From the sequence record OL960580: DNA of 64,000 nt. One strand, written 5' to 3'. Made by a program: the position numbers and the translations under genes. Positions within the stretch are counted from its first letter, which is position 1. Each line of letters starts with the position of its first letter. This DNA comes from Escherichia phage vB_EcoM_SA21RB. A model generated the notes under the pieces. That model searched no databases. It was not told the DNA's origin and was given only the letters and a program-made list of their open reading frames with translations. Shown here piece after piece: positions 10,049-21,063 of this stretch.

Positions 10049-10798
10049 ATGGCAAACATTATTCGTTGTAAATTACCAGATGGTGTTCATCGTTTTAAAC
10101 CATTTACGGTAGAAGATTATCGAGATTTTTTGTTAGTTCGAAACGATATAGAACATCGGTCACCACAAGAACAAAAAGAAATAATTGCTGATTTAATTGC
10201 TGATTATTTTGGAGACTATCCGAAGACTTGGCAACCATTTATATTTTTGCAGGTATTTGTAGGGTCAATAGGTAAAACTAAAGTACCAGTCACATTCGTA
10301 TGTCCAAAATGTAAAAAAGAAAAGACAGTTCCATTTGAAATATATCAAAAAGAATTAAAGGAACCTGTTTTTGATGTAGCTAATGTTAAAATTAAATTAA
10401 AGTTTCCTTCTGAGTTTTATGAAAATAAAGCAAAGATGATTACTGAAAATATTCATTCTGTTCAAGTAGATGAAATTTGGTATGATTGGAAGGAAATTAG
10501 CGAGTCCAGTCAAATAGAACTAGTTGACGCCATCGAGATAGAAACACTAGAAAAAATTCTCGATGCAATGAATCCTATTAATTTAACTCTACATATGTCA
10601 TGCTGTAATAAGTACATTAAAAAATACACTGATATAGTAAATGTGTTTAAGCTATTAGTTAACCCAGATGAAATATTTACTTTTTATCAAATCAATCACA
10701 CGCTCGTAAAAAGTAATTATAGCTTAAATTCAATAATGAAAATGATTCCTGCCGAGCGCGGATTCGTATTAAAACTGATTGAGAAGGATAAACAATAA
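10049..10798 (+). CDS. 51: baseplate hub assembly catalyst gp51
   Basis: 249 aa; synteny and length match T4 gp51. Confidence 0.88.
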   Translation: MANIIRCKLPDGVHRFKPFTVEDYRDFLLVRNDIEHRSPQEQKEIIADLIADYFGDYPKTWQPFIFLQVFVGSIGKTKVPVTFVCPKCKKEKTVPFEIYQKELKEPVFDVANVKIKLKFPSEFYENKAKMITENIHSVQVDEIWYDWKEISESSQIELVDAIEIETLEKILDAMNPINLTLHMSCCNKYIKKYTDIVNVFKLLVNPDEIFTFYQINHTLVKSNYSLNSIMKMIPAERGFVLKLIEKDKQ

Positions 10799-11973
10799 TG
10801 AGTATGTTGCAACGCCCAGGATATCCAAATCTCAGCGTTAAATTATTTGATAGCTACGACGCTTGGAGTAATAATAGATTTGTTGAATTAGCTGCTACTA
10901 TTACCACATTAACTATGCGGGATTCTCTTTATGGCCGAAATGAAGGAATGCTGCAGTTTTATGATTCTAAAAATATCCATACAAAAATGGATGGAAATGA
11001 AATAATTCAGATTTCTGTAGCTAATGCAAACGATATTAATAATGTTAAAACACGAATTTATGGATGTAAGCATTTTTCCGTGTCAGTAGATTCAAAAGGT
11101 GATAACATCATTGCTATTGAATTGGGAACTATTCATTCAATAGAAAACCTTAAATTCGGTAGACCATTTTTCCCTGATGCAGGTGAATCTATAAAAGAAA
11201 TGCTTGGCGTCATTTATCAAGACCGCACATTATTAACTCCAGCAATAAATGCTATAAATGCTTATGTTCCTGATATTCCATGGACTAGTACATTTGAAAA
11301 TTATTTGTCCTATGTAAGAGAAGTTGGTCTAGCTGTAGGAAGCGACAAATTTGTATTTGTGTGGCAAGACATCATGGGAGTTAACATGATGGACTATGAT
11401 ATGATGATAAATCAAGAACCGTATCCAATGATTGTTGGTGAGCCATCTTTAATAGGTCAATTCATCCAAGAATTAAAATATCCATTAGCATATGATTTCG
11501 TTTGGTTGACTAAATCAAATCCTCACAAACGTGACCCAATGAAAAACGCTACTATCTATGCGCATTCATTTTTAGATTCTTCATTGCCAATGATTACTAC
11601 AGGAAAGGGCGAAAACTCTATTGTAGTGTCAAGGTCAGGTGCTTATTCTGAAATGACTTATAGGAATGGCTATGAAGAAGCTATTCGTCTTCAGACTATG
11701 GCGCAATATGATGGCTATGCTAAATGTTCTACTGTCGGTAATTTTAACTTGACTCCTGGCGTTAAAATTATTTTTAATGATAGTAAAAACCAATTTAAAA
11801 CAGAATTTTACGTTGATGAAGTTATCCATGAATTATCCAATAATAATTCAGTAACTCATCTATATATGTTCACTAATGCAACGAAACTGGAAACAATAGA
11901 CCCAGTTAAGGTTAAAAATGAATTTAAATCTGATACTACCACTGAAGAAAGTAGTTCTTCCAATAAGCAATAA
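10798..11973 (+). CDS. 27: baseplate hub protein gp27
   Basis: 391 aa; ATGA overlap with gene 51 stop; matches T4 gp27. Confidence 0.93.
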   Translation: MSMLQRPGYPNLSVKLFDSYDAWSNNRFVELAATITTLTMRDSLYGRNEGMLQFYDSKNIHTKMDGNEIIQISVANANDINNVKTRIYGCKHFSVSVDSKGDNIIAIELGTIHSIENLKFGRPFFPDAGESIKEMLGVIYQDRTLLTPAINAINAYVPDIPWTSTFENYLSYVREVGLAVGSDKFVFVWQDIMGVNMMDYDMMINQEPYPMIVGEPSLIGQFIQELKYPLAYDFVWLTKSNPHKRDPMKNATIYAHSFLDSSLPMITTGKGENSIVVSRSGAYSEMTYRNGYEEAIRLQTMAQYDGYAKCSTVGNFNLTPGVKIIFNDSKNQFKTEFYVDEVIHELSNNNSVTHLYMFTNATKLETIDPVKVKNEFKSDTTTEESSSSNKQ

Positions 11974-12451
11974 AGAAGTTTCTATTCCTAAAATGGGTCT
12001 TAAACATTATAACATTTTAAAAGATGTTAAAGGTCCTGATGAAAATTTAAAACTTCTTATTGATTCTATTTGTCCGAATTTATCACCGGCAGAAGTTGAT
12101 TTCGTTTCTATTCATTTATTGGAATTTAATGGAAAGATTAAATCTCGTAAAGAAATAGATGGTTATACTTATGACATTAATGATGTTTATGTATGCCAAA
12201 GATTAGAATTTCAATACCAAGGAAATACATTTTATTTTAGACCTCCTGGAAAATTTGAACAATTTTTAACGGTGAGCGATATGTTATCTAAATGCTTGCT
12301 TAAGGTCAACGATGAAGTTAAAGAAATTAATTTTCTTGAGATGCCAGCATTCGTTTTAAAATGGGCAAATGATATTTTTACAACTTTAGCAATTCCTGGC
12401 CCTAATGGTCCAATAACTGGAATTGGCAATATTATTGGATTATTTGAATGA
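11918..12451 (+). CDS. 28: baseplate hub distal subunit gp28
   Basis: 177 aa, overlaps the 3' end of gene 27 in another frame; length matches T4 gp28. Confidence 0.8.
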   Translation: MNLNLILPLKKVVLPISNKEVSIPKMGLKHYNILKDVKGPDENLKLLIDSICPNLSPAEVDFVSIHLLEFNGKIKSRKEIDGYTYDINDVYVCQRLEFQYQGNTFYFRPPGKFEQFLTVSDMLSKCLLKVNDEVKEINFLEMPAFVLKWANDIFTTLAIPGPNGPITGIGNIIGLFE

Positions 12452-14220
12452 AAAAGCCACAAGAAATGCAAACGATGCGTAGAAAAGTTATTTCAGATAA
12501 TAAACCGACACAGGAAGCGGCTAAATCCGCTTCCAACACTTTATCTGGACTTAATGATATATCTACGAAATTGGATGATGCTCAAGCTGCTTCTGAATTA
12601 ATTGCTCAAACTGTCGAAGAAAAATCGAATGAAATAATTGGAGCAATTGACAATGTAGAAAGCGCAGTGAGTGATACTACTGCTGGTTCTGAGTTAATTG
12701 CTGAAACTGTCGAAATTGGCAACAATATTAATAAAGAAATCGGTGAATCGCTCGGAAGCAAATTAGATAAATTAACAAGTTTACTAGAGCAAAAAATTCA
12801 GACAGCTGGAATTCAACAGACAGGAACCAGTTTAGCCACAGTTGAAAGCGCTATTCCTGTTAAAGTCGTTGAGGATGATACTGCTGAATCTGTGGGTCCT
12901 TTATTACCGGCTCCTGAAGCAGTTAATAACGATCCTGACGCTGATTTTTTCCCTACCCCTCAGCCAGTTGAACCTAAACAAGAATCGCCAGAAGAAAAAC
13001 AGAAAAAAGACGCATTTAACTTAAAATTATCTCAAGCTTTAGATAAATTAACAAAGACTGTTGATTTCGGATTTAAGAAATCTATTTCAATTAGTGATAA
13101 AATATCAAGCATGTTATTTAAGTACACCGTCAGTGCTGCTATTGAAGCTGCTAAAATGACTGCAATGATATTGGCTGTTGTTGTTGGAATAGACCTGTTG
13201 ATGGTTCATTTTAAATACTGGTCAGATAAATTTTCAAAAGCCTGGGATTTATTTAATACTGACTTTACTAAATTCTCTAGCGAAACCGGAACTTGGGGTC
13301 CTTTATTACAGAGCATCTTTGATTCTATTGATAAAATTAAACAACTTTGGGAAGCGGGAGATTGGGGTGGATTGACAGTAGCTATTGTTGAAGGGCTTGG
13401 AAAGGTTCTTTATAATTTAGGAGAACTTATTCAGCTTGGAATGGCTAAATTATCTGCAGCAATTCTTCGAGTCATTCCTGGTATGAAAGACACTGCAGAT
13501 GAAGTAGAAGGAAGAGCACTAGAAAATTTCCAAAATTCTACTGGAGCATCTCTCAATAAAGAAGACCAAGAAAAAGTAGCAAATTATCAAGATAAACGAA
13601 TGAATGGAGACCTTGGCCCAATAGCAGAAGGACTAGACAAAATCTCTAACTGGAAAACTCGTGCATCTAACTGGATTCGTGGTGTAGATAATAAAGAAGC
13701 ACTGACTACTGACGAAGAACGTGCAGCAGAAGAAGAAAAATTAAAGCAGCTTTCACCTGAAGAAAGAAAAAATGCTTTAATGAAGGCCAATGAAGCTCGT
13801 GCCGCGATGATTCGTTTTGAAAAATATGCTGATTCAGCTGATATGAGTAAAGACTCAACGGTTAAATCAGTTGAAGCTGCCTATGAAGACCTTAAAAAAC
13901 GGATGGATGATCCGGATTTAAATAATTCACCGGCAGTTAAAAAAGAACTTGCTGCTAGATTTTCTAAAATTGATGCTACTTATCAAGAGCTCAAGAAAAA
14001 TCAGCCTAATGCCAAACCTGAAACTTCGGCTAAATCACCGGAAGCGAAACAGGTTCAGGTGATTGAAAAGAACAAAGCACAGCAAGCTCCTGTTCAACAA
14101 GCATCTCCTTCAATCAATAATACTAATAATGTTATTAAGAAAAATACTGTCGTTCATAATATGACACCCGTAACGAGTACGACTGCTCCTGGTGTATTTG
14201 ATGCGACTGGAGTTAATTAA
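12448..14220 (+). CDS. 29: baseplate hub / tail length tape-measure protein gp29
   Basis: 590 aa; ATGA coupling to gene 28; matches T4 gp29. Confidence 0.92.
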   Translation: MKKPQEMQTMRRKVISDNKPTQEAAKSASNTLSGLNDISTKLDDAQAASELIAQTVEEKSNEIIGAIDNVESAVSDTTAGSELIAETVEIGNNINKEIGESLGSKLDKLTSLLEQKIQTAGIQQTGTSLATVESAIPVKVVEDDTAESVGPLLPAPEAVNNDPDADFFPTPQPVEPKQESPEEKQKKDAFNLKLSQALDKLTKTVDFGFKKSISISDKISSMLFKYTVSAAIEAAKMTAMILAVVVGIDLLMVHFKYWSDKFSKAWDLFNTDFTKFSSETGTWGPLLQSIFDSIDKIKQLWEAGDWGGLTVAIVEGLGKVLYNLGELIQLGMAKLSAAILRVIPGMKDTADEVEGRALENFQNSTGASLNKEDQEKVANYQDKRMNGDLGPIAEGLDKISNWKTRASNWIRGVDNKEALTTDEERAAEEEKLKQLSPEERKNALMKANEARAAMIRFEKYADSADMSKDSTVKSVEAAYEDLKKRMDDPDLNNSPAVKKELAARFSKIDATYQELKKNQPNAKPETSAKSPEAKQVQVIEKNKAQQAPVQQASPSINNTNNVIKKNTVVHNMTPVTSTTAPGVFDATGVN

Positions 14221-14228
14221 GGAATAAT

Positions 14229-15323
14229 ATGGCAATTGTTAAAGAAATAACTGCTGATTTAATTAAAAAATCCGGTGAGACAATTTCAGCCGGACAAAGC
14301 ACTAAATCAGAAGTAGGAATTAAAACATACACAGCCCAGTTTCCAACTGGGCGTGCTAGTGGTAATGACACTACAGGGGACTTCCAGGTAACAGATCTAT
14401 ATAAGAATGGATTATTATTTACTGCATACAATATGTCATCTAGGGATTCTGGAAGTCTTAGATCAATGAGATCTAACTACTCTTCTTCATCTTCGAGTAT
14501 TTTACGTACAGCCAGAAACACTATCAGTAATACAGTATCAAAACTGTCAAATGGATTAATATCAGATAATAATTCAGGAACAATAAGTAAAGCCCCTGTT
14601 GCAAATATTCTTTTACCGAGATCTAAATCTGATGTTGATACATCATCACACAGATTTAATGATGTTCAAGAAAGTCTTATCAGCAGAGGCGGAGGTACTG
14701 CTACTGGTGTGTTAAGTAATATTGCTTCAACTGCAGTATTTGGGGCACTGGAAAGTATAACACAGGGTATAATGGCTGATAATAATGAACAGATTTATAC
14801 TACAGCCAGAAGTATGTATGGTGGAGCTGAGAATAGAACTAAAGTGTTTACATGGGATTTGACTCCACGTTCAACAGAAGATTTAATGGCTATTATCAAT
14901 ATCTATCAATATTTTAACTATTTTTCTTATGGTGAAACAGGTAAATCTCAATATGCTGCTGAAATAAAGGGGTATTTAGATGATTGGTATCGTTCTACAT
15001 TAATTGAACCTTTATCTCCGGAAGACGCAGCTAAAAATAAAACACTATTTGAGAAAATGACATCGAGTTTAACTAACGTTCTAGTAGTTTCAAACCCGAC
15101 AATTTGGATGGTGAAAAACTTTGGTGCAACATCTAAGTTTGATGGAAAAACGGAAATATTCGGTCCATGCCAAATACAGAGCATCAGATTTGATAAAACG
15201 CCTAATGGTAACTTTAACGGATTAGCTATTGCTCCAAACCTCCCTAGTACATTTACTCTTGAGATTACTATGAGAGAAATTATCACGTTAAACCGTGCTT
15301 CTTTATATGCGGGGACTTTTTAA
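14229..15323 (+). CDS. 48: baseplate tail-tube junction protein gp48
   Basis: 364 aa; matches T4 gp48. Confidence 0.92.
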   Translation: MAIVKEITADLIKKSGETISAGQSTKSEVGIKTYTAQFPTGRASGNDTTGDFQVTDLYKNGLLFTAYNMSSRDSGSLRSMRSNYSSSSSSILRTARNTISNTVSKLSNGLISDNNSGTISKAPVANILLPRSKSDVDTSSHRFNDVQESLISRGGGTATGVLSNIASTAVFGALESITQGIMADNNEQIYTTARSMYGGAENRTKVFTWDLTPRSTEDLMAIINIYQYFNYFSYGETGKSQYAAEIKGYLDDWYRSTLIEPLSPEDAAKNKTLFEKMTSSLTNVLVVSNPTIWMVKNFGATSKFDGKTEIFGPCQIQSIRFDKTPNGNFNGLAIAPNLPSTFTLEITMREIITLNRASLYAGTF

Positions 15324-16288
15324 TGTATTCTTTAGAGGAATTTAATAATCAAGCAATAAACGCAGATTTCCAGCGTAATAATATGTTTAGCTGCGTTTTT
15401 GCGACAACTCCATCAACTAAAAGCTCTTCGTTGATAAGTTCAATTAGCAACTTTTCTTATAATAACTTGGGCCTAAATTCAGATTGGTTAGGATTGACTC
15501 AAGGCGATATTAATCAGGGAATTACCACGCTAATTACTGCTGGCACACAAAAACTGATAAGAAAATCAGGGGTTAGTAAATATCTTATTGGTGCCATGAG
15601 TCAACGTACAGTTCAAAGTTTATTGGGCTCATTTACAGTTGGTACATATTTAATTGACTTCTTTAATATGGCATATAACTCATCTGGGTTGATGATATAC
15701 TCTGTAAAAATGCCAGAGAATAGATTATCCTATGAAACTGACTGGAACTATAACTCTCCTAATATTCGTATAACTGGGAGAGAATTAGACCCTTTGGTTA
15801 TTTCATTTAGAATGGATTCAGAAGCTTGTAACTATCGTGCAATGCAAGACTGGGTTAACGCTGTTCAAGACCCAGTAACTGGACTGCGTGCTTTGCCACA
15901 AGATGTCGAGGCAGATATTCAGGTTAATCTTCATTCTCGTAATGGATTGCCTCATACTGCGGTGATGTTCACCGGATGCATTCCAATATCAGTGAGCGCT
16001 CCTGAGTTATCATATGATGGAGATAACCAAATAACTACATTTGATGTTACTTTTGCGTACAGAGTGATGCAGGCTGGAGCGGTTGATAGGCAAGCTGCGC
16101 TTGAATGGCTTGAATCTGCTGCTATAAATGGTATTCAAAGCGTTCTCGGAAATAGTGGAGGTGTTACTGGACTATCTAATTCGCTTTCACGACTTAGTAG
16201 ATTAGGAGGGACTGCTGGAAGCATTTCAAACATTAATACTATGACAGGAATTGTTAATTCGCAGAGTAAAATATTAGGAGCAATATAA
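15323..16288 (+). CDS. 54: baseplate tail-tube initiator gp54
   Basis: 321 aa; ATGA overlap with gene 48; matches T4 gp54. Confidence 0.92.
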   Translation: MYSLEEFNNQAINADFQRNNMFSCVFATTPSTKSSSLISSISNFSYNNLGLNSDWLGLTQGDINQGITTLITAGTQKLIRKSGVSKYLIGAMSQRTVQSLLGSFTVGTYLIDFFNMAYNSSGLMIYSVKMPENRLSYETDWNYNSPNIRITGRELDPLVISFRMDSEACNYRAMQDWVNAVQDPVTGLRALPQDVEADIQVNLHSRNGLPHTAVMFTGCIPISVSAPELSYDGDNQITTFDVTFAYRVMQAGAVDRQAALEWLESAAINGIQSVLGNSGGVTGLSNSLSRLSRLGGTAGSISNINTMTGIVNSQSKILGAI

Positions 16289-16292
16289 CAAT

Positions 16293-16310
16293 GGGGACCT
16301 TTCGGTCCCC
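16293..16310. terminator. bidirectional hairpin terminator between gene 54 and the converging minus-strand unit
   Basis: ggggacc-tttc-ggtcccc followed by TTTTTATTT. Confidence 0.65.
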
Positions 16311-16316
16311 ATATTT

Positions 16317-16607
16317 TTATTTACGGAATGAAATGAAAGCAGAAACTGAAGCAACTAAACTGTCTTCAATATAAACTTCAATTTTTACCGGAGCTTCTGA
16401 CTCGAATTTACCTGTTACTACACCTTGGAAAATACTTTCAGTTTGTTCTGGCTTTGAAAAATTTTCAGAAGGAAAAATTCCGAACTTTTTATCTGTTCCA
16501 AAAATTTTGATAAATTCATCATAAACTGCTTCATTAAAAGCATTATCAGCAGGAATAACGCCTTCAACTACAAGTTCTTGACCTAAAAAGCGCAAAGAAG
16601 ATTTCAT
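16317..16607 (-). CDS. hypothetical protein (position of T4 alt.-3)
   Basis: 96 aa ORF with SD AAGGA; early promoter immediately upstream. Confidence 0.6.
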   Translation of the reverse strand: MKSSLRFLGQELVVEGVIPADNAFNEAVYDEFIKIFGTDKKFGIFPSENFSKPEQTESIFQGVVTGKFESEAPVKIEVYIEDSLVASVSAFISFRK

Positions 16608-16627
16608 TTTGTGTTCCTTATGTTATA

Positions 16628-16668
16628 TCAGTAAGATTACTATAACACAACACGAGGGACTTGTAAAC
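16628..16668 (-). promoter_or_regulatory. T4-type early promoter (copy A of a 41-bp perfect repeat)
   Basis: minus strand GTTTAC -35, about 17 bp spacer, TATAGT -10; identical to 31902-31942. Confidence 0.6.
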
Positions 16669-18725
16669 TACATTTTGAACTTTTTAGACATTCCGTTAAT
16701 GTTAACCAAAGAAGCTAAGATTTGAGAAACTTCGTTTTCCTCTTCTTTTGATTCTTCTACAAGGAATTGATTAAATCCAGCCATTGGACGAACTTCACCA
16801 GTTTCCATTAAATGGTCGCCATCATATACTGATTCTTCTAATTGTTCAGAAGGAGGAACGATTGTACCTTCGATTAGATACTTATTATAAGCAGTTTCTT
16901 TCATAAAGTACGTACTTACTTTATTAATCTTCAGTAAAATTCCACGCGGTAGAATAACTTCAGCTTCTGATGGAAATCCTGATAAATGACCTGGAACGAT
17001 AACTTTGATTCGCTCAGCTCCTTTAATTACCATACCCACGCTAGTTTCAGCATCTTCATTAGCATATGTAGAATGACTACCCATATGCATCAAATCTTCT
17101 GCATCAACGGAACCTTCTCCTTCACCAGAAAATACTGCGCCGGAATCATCTAGAGCCATATAGTTTTTACCATGCTCACCGAAGATATTTGGTTTAAGCG
17201 ATGTGGATACGAAGTTCTTGAAATAGAACATTTTATTTTCAATGTTATGACGCAAAGTTTTAAAGGTAACTTCTTGCCCACGATAAAGAGTAGTTCCTGG
17301 AGGAAGAACTGAACCTTTAGCAAATGCAGAATCCAACGTCTCGATGTGTTTAATAGCTCGTTCCATATATTCTTCACGAGTAGAATCTGGTTTACCCAAG
17401 AGGAACGAGTTCATTTCAACATATGAATCTGCACAATAATCTTCAATTACATCAGACTCAGCCTGAGTCAGTCCTTTTGGAGTTACTTCGGTGCTTGCGT
17501 ATTCATATGCCTGAGCAGCAGATTCATTAATCAATTTATAAATGCCATTCATGACAAATTGAATAATAGCTGTCTTTTCATCTGACGTAGCTTTAGAACC
17601 TTTAACTAAATCATTGATAATTTTCTTAATAACATCAAAGCTATTAGAAATATTAATATCAGCAAGATCGCTTAAAATTTTATCAGTTTTATAATCAAAG
17701 AATTCTTTATTCTTTAAATATTCTTGAGAACCTTGATATGTTATATCGCTCTGCAACTTGATGGATGGATCACGTAAACGTGCATGGGCTAATGCAATAT
17801 GATTTCGGAAGTTTTCTAGTTCATAATCGCTAGATTTAAAACGAGAAGCACTTCTCATACCACCGATAGCTCCTTTGCTGAAGTTTGAACCAATCTGAAT
17901 AACGCCAGAGTTCATTGGTCCTTCTGCTTTATATACCGGAACTTTAGATTCAAACTCTTGATATTTCTTGGCAGCGAAGCTATCACCCTGAAGCGAAGCA
18001 TCTACAGTAGAATATTGAGCTTGCGCTGCTAATCGACGACTAATTTTAGTTTTCTGAATAACAGCTTGATCCGTGCGCTTATCATTTTCTAAAGCAATAG
18101 AAGCAGCAACAGCAACAGCTTTAGGAACAGCATTACCTGTTTTAACATCTACATAAACATCACCAACCTTTGATTCAACTTTTGTGAATAACTCAGTTGA
18201 AATAGGAGGTACACCTGGAATGTCTTCTAAATTGGCATTTTTACGGTAAACCATAATATATGCATACTTTTTATCATAATCCCAGATTTCCTTTAAAAGA
18301 ACATATCGACCTGCTCCTTTAGTACGTACTAAACGGTCAGCAATAACTTGCATTTGACGAGCTGCGCCATTTGTTTTACTTTTTAGTACGCGGAATAGGC
18401 ATGCGTCAATTTTATACTGTTTCATTGTTTGAAGAGCAGTATCAAAAACCGCATTAATAACACCAATTGGATTTCCACCCAAGTTTTTAAGTTTAACTAA
18501 TGATAGTTTCTCATTAACACCTATCATTACGATATGCATCATTTTATCGCCTGGCTTAACGTTTTTATTTGTATCACCGCCAGAGGTGTATGTACAAAAT
18601 CTAAATCCAGGAAGCACGCTTTCTTCGCCGGCTTGAATAGCAAAAATTTGAGGTATTTTATGCTTAGGATTTAAGTTAACAACCGGCGCCGAAGCGCCGT
18701 CAAATAATTCTGTAATAAGTTCCAT
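16668..18725 (-). CDS. Alt-like ADP-ribosyltransferase paralog (intact, 685 aa)
   Basis: N-terminal ~230 aa near-colinear with Alt (MELITELFD...); C-terminal ART signature YRGQ / FVSTSL / EAEVILPRG. Confidence 0.85.
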   Translation of the reverse strand: MELITELFDGASAPVVNLNPKHKIPQIFAIQAGEESVLPGFRFCTYTSGGDTNKNVKPGDKMMHIVMIGVNEKLSLVKLKNLGGNPIGVINAVFDTALQTMKQYKIDACLFRVLKSKTNGAARQMQVIADRLVRTKGAGRYVLLKEIWDYDKKYAYIMVYRKNANLEDIPGVPPISTELFTKVESKVGDVYVDVKTGNAVPKAVAVAASIALENDKRTDQAVIQKTKISRRLAAQAQYSTVDASLQGDSFAAKKYQEFESKVPVYKAEGPMNSGVIQIGSNFSKGAIGGMRSASRFKSSDYELENFRNHIALAHARLRDPSIKLQSDITYQGSQEYLKNKEFFDYKTDKILSDLADINISNSFDVIKKIINDLVKGSKATSDEKTAIIQFVMNGIYKLINESAAQAYEYASTEVTPKGLTQAESDVIEDYCADSYVEMNSFLLGKPDSTREEYMERAIKHIETLDSAFAKGSVLPPGTTLYRGQEVTFKTLRHNIENKMFYFKNFVSTSLKPNIFGEHGKNYMALDDSGAVFSGEGEGSVDAEDLMHMGSHSTYANEDAETSVGMVIKGAERIKVIVPGHLSGFPSEAEVILPRGILLKINKVSTYFMKETAYNKYLIEGTIVPPSEQLEESVYDGDHLMETGEVRPMAGFNQFLVEESKEEENEVSQILASLVNINGMSKKFKM

Positions 18726-18728
18726 GAT

Positions 18729-20822
18729 TTATCCTTGAACGAACTTGTAAGGCATGTTTGTAATATCTATGCAAGACGCAATAATTCCAAGAGATGATTC
18801 TACTTTTTGTTTAACATTTGATGAAACAAATGATGCAAAGTCAACTCTGTCTTCTATTTCAATATCACCTGTCATTGCAACTACTTCACCAGTTTCCATT
18901 AGACGGTCACCGTCATAAATTACTGATTCGGTGAGTTCTTCCGTAGTCATAACTTCAGCTTGAATGAGTTTTGTATTATTAGATGTTGTTCCGTCATTAT
19001 TAGAAGCATCAGTTATTTTATTAACTTTGACCATCAATCCGCGTGGTAGAATAACTTCAGCTTCTGTTGCTATTCCGAGACTTCCTGGATATACAACATT
19101 AACTTTATGTGCGCCGTCAATTGCCCATCCTATTTGAACTTTAACGTATTCAGGATTTTCTTTATACGCTCTTATTTCGTTTGGATTAATAGTTATTCCT
19201 TCTTCATTTTTATCAACTGTCAATTCATTACGAGCTTCTGGTTCTAAAAGACCAATACCAGCATGTGTAATTCCAAAACGTCCAAAAATGATAGGAGTTA
19301 AAGAAGTAGATACAAAATTTCTGAAATAGAACACTTTATTTTTAACTAGTGCTTCGTATATAGGAGCAGTCATACTTTGTGCACGATAAACTGTAATGCC
19401 TTCCGGTATACGGTCACCATTTTCAAAAGCTGAATCTAAGTTATTTATAGCAGATTCAATTTCTTTTTCACTCATTACATCATATCGTTCTGGATTGTAG
19501 CGTCCTAAAAGAAGATTATTGATGTCAGTATATCCTGAACCACAATACTCTCTAATGCCGCGCTTTTGTGATGGAGTATATTTAGAACCATCACGGGCAA
19601 TAGTAATATCAATCATTGGACCTGCACCAATTCCAGAAAAGCTATAAATCATTCGTTTGAGGAATTTAGTTTTTGCTGCGTTCCAGGAATTTTTAGTTAT
19701 TTCTTCCCAGACTTCATCTGGCTGTCCTTTACGGGTTTTATTATGTTTATCAAGCCAAGTATCTTTATATTCTTCAAAGAATTTATTAATAGCTGCTGCA
19801 TACTTCTCTAAACATTTTATTGAAGTAGTTGGTTCATTTTTGATCGCGTTAAAAATTACATCTTTAATTTTTTCAGAAACTTCATTAACCTCACTTTTTG
19901 AAAAGAATTTATAATCATAGTGAAGTTCATCTGCAGTTCCTTCAGCAATAATTTTTGCTGCCTTAGTTTTAGAAGCCAATGAATTAATTCCAAGTTTCAT
20001 TTCTTCTGCTTCAGGAATTAAAGGAGCGGTAGCAGGTTTATTGAAATTAGCTGCGGTAGATTCATACTTCTGGAATAATTCACTTTCAAATCTAGAAGAT
20101 TCCAATGACTGACTTTGTGCAATTGCTCTACGGGAAATTTTAACTTTAACGATTACAGCTTGGTCAGAACGTTTATCATTTTCTTGCGCAATAGATGCAG
20201 CAATTGCCTCATTTTTAGTTACTTGAGCTCCAGTATCTTTATTGATATAAACATCACCGACCTTCGATTCAACTTTAGTAAAGAGCTCGGTGCTAATTTC
20301 CGGAATTCCTGGAATGTCTTCTAGTGATACATTTTTGCGATGTATAAGAATATATGCATACTTTTTATCGTAATCCCAGAGTTCCTTAAGAAGGACGTAT
20401 CTGCCACCCGAACGACTACGGATAAGTCTATCAGCAATAACTTGAATTTGTCGAGCTTGACCAGCAGTTTTAGACTTAAGAATACGGAGCATACAGGCAT
20501 CAATTTTATACTGACGCATCGTCTGCATTGCAACAGTAAAAACTGAATTGATGTAATTAATTGGGCTTGGACCGAGACCTTTCAATTTAGCAATTGAACC
20601 TTTAGCAGTTAATGTAAAAGGAACAATATGCATCATTTTATCGCCCATTTTTAAATCGCGATTAGTATCACCTCCAGATGTATAGGTACATAAACGAAAG
20701 CCTGGTTGTTCAATTGCGTCATCAACATGAACTGAAAAAATTTGCGGTATTTTCTTCTTTGGATTTAAGTTTGTAATCGGAAGAGTAGTATCTTCGTCAA
20801 ATAATTCTGTAATAAGTTCCAT
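18729..20822 (-). CDS. alt: Alt ADP-ribosyltransferase (virion-packaged, injected)
   Basis: 697 aa from the second Met (MELITELFDEDTTLPITN...); ART motifs VYRAQ / FVSTSL / EAEVILPRG; near-identical to T4 Alt. Confidence 0.93.
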   Translation of the reverse strand: MELITELFDEDTTLPITNLNPKKKIPQIFSVHVDDAIEQPGFRLCTYTSGGDTNRDLKMGDKMMHIVPFTLTAKGSIAKLKGLGPSPINYINSVFTVAMQTMRQYKIDACMLRILKSKTAGQARQIQVIADRLIRSRSGGRYVLLKELWDYDKKYAYILIHRKNVSLEDIPGIPEISTELFTKVESKVGDVYINKDTGAQVTKNEAIAASIAQENDKRSDQAVIVKVKISRRAIAQSQSLESSRFESELFQKYESTAANFNKPATAPLIPEAEEMKLGINSLASKTKAAKIIAEGTADELHYDYKFFSKSEVNEVSEKIKDVIFNAIKNEPTTSIKCLEKYAAAINKFFEEYKDTWLDKHNKTRKGQPDEVWEEITKNSWNAAKTKFLKRMIYSFSGIGAGPMIDITIARDGSKYTPSQKRGIREYCGSGYTDINNLLLGRYNPERYDVMSEKEIESAINNLDSAFENGDRIPEGITVYRAQSMTAPIYEALVKNKVFYFRNFVSTSLTPIIFGRFGITHAGIGLLEPEARNELTVDKNEEGITINPNEIRAYKENPEYVKVQIGWAIDGAHKVNVVYPGSLGIATEAEVILPRGLMVKVNKITDASNNDGTTSNNTKLIQAEVMTTEELTESVIYDGDRLMETGEVVAMTGDIEIEDRVDFASFVSSNVKQKVESSLGIIASCIDITNMPYKFVQG

Positions 20823-20845
20823 CATAGCCTCTCTAGTGTTTATTC

Positions 20846-20853
20846 TATTTATA
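20846..20853 (-). promoter_or_regulatory. late promoter for alt
   Basis: TATAAATA on the minus strand about 25 bp upstream of the alt ATG; consistent with Alt being a late virion protein. Confidence 0.55.
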
Positions 20854-20858
20854 AAATT

Positions 20859-20876
20859 AAAGGCCCGAAGGCCTTT
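20859..20876 (-). terminator. hairpin terminator downstream of the ligase operon
   Basis: aaaggcc-cgaa-ggccttt stem-loop. Confidence 0.5.
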
Positions 20877-21063
20877 AGTAATCTAGTGGTAAGAGAGTAC
20901 GATATATTTCAAACTTTGGTCCTTTTTCATAGGCATCAAATGTTTCTGTAAATTTATTATAAGCATATGCATCTACAAATTCGAGAATGACTTGTGATAC
21001 AGAAGTAGAAACATCTCCACCTTCTTTTTGAGCAATGACAATTGTTTCTAAGTAAGCTTTCAT
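20875..21063 (-). CDS. hypothetical small protein
   Basis: 62 aa ORF, ATGA-coupled to the DNA ligase stop. Confidence 0.55.
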   Translation of the reverse strand: MKAYLETIVIAQKEGGDVSTSVSQVILEFVDAYAYNKFTETFDAYEKGPKFEIYRTLLPLDY

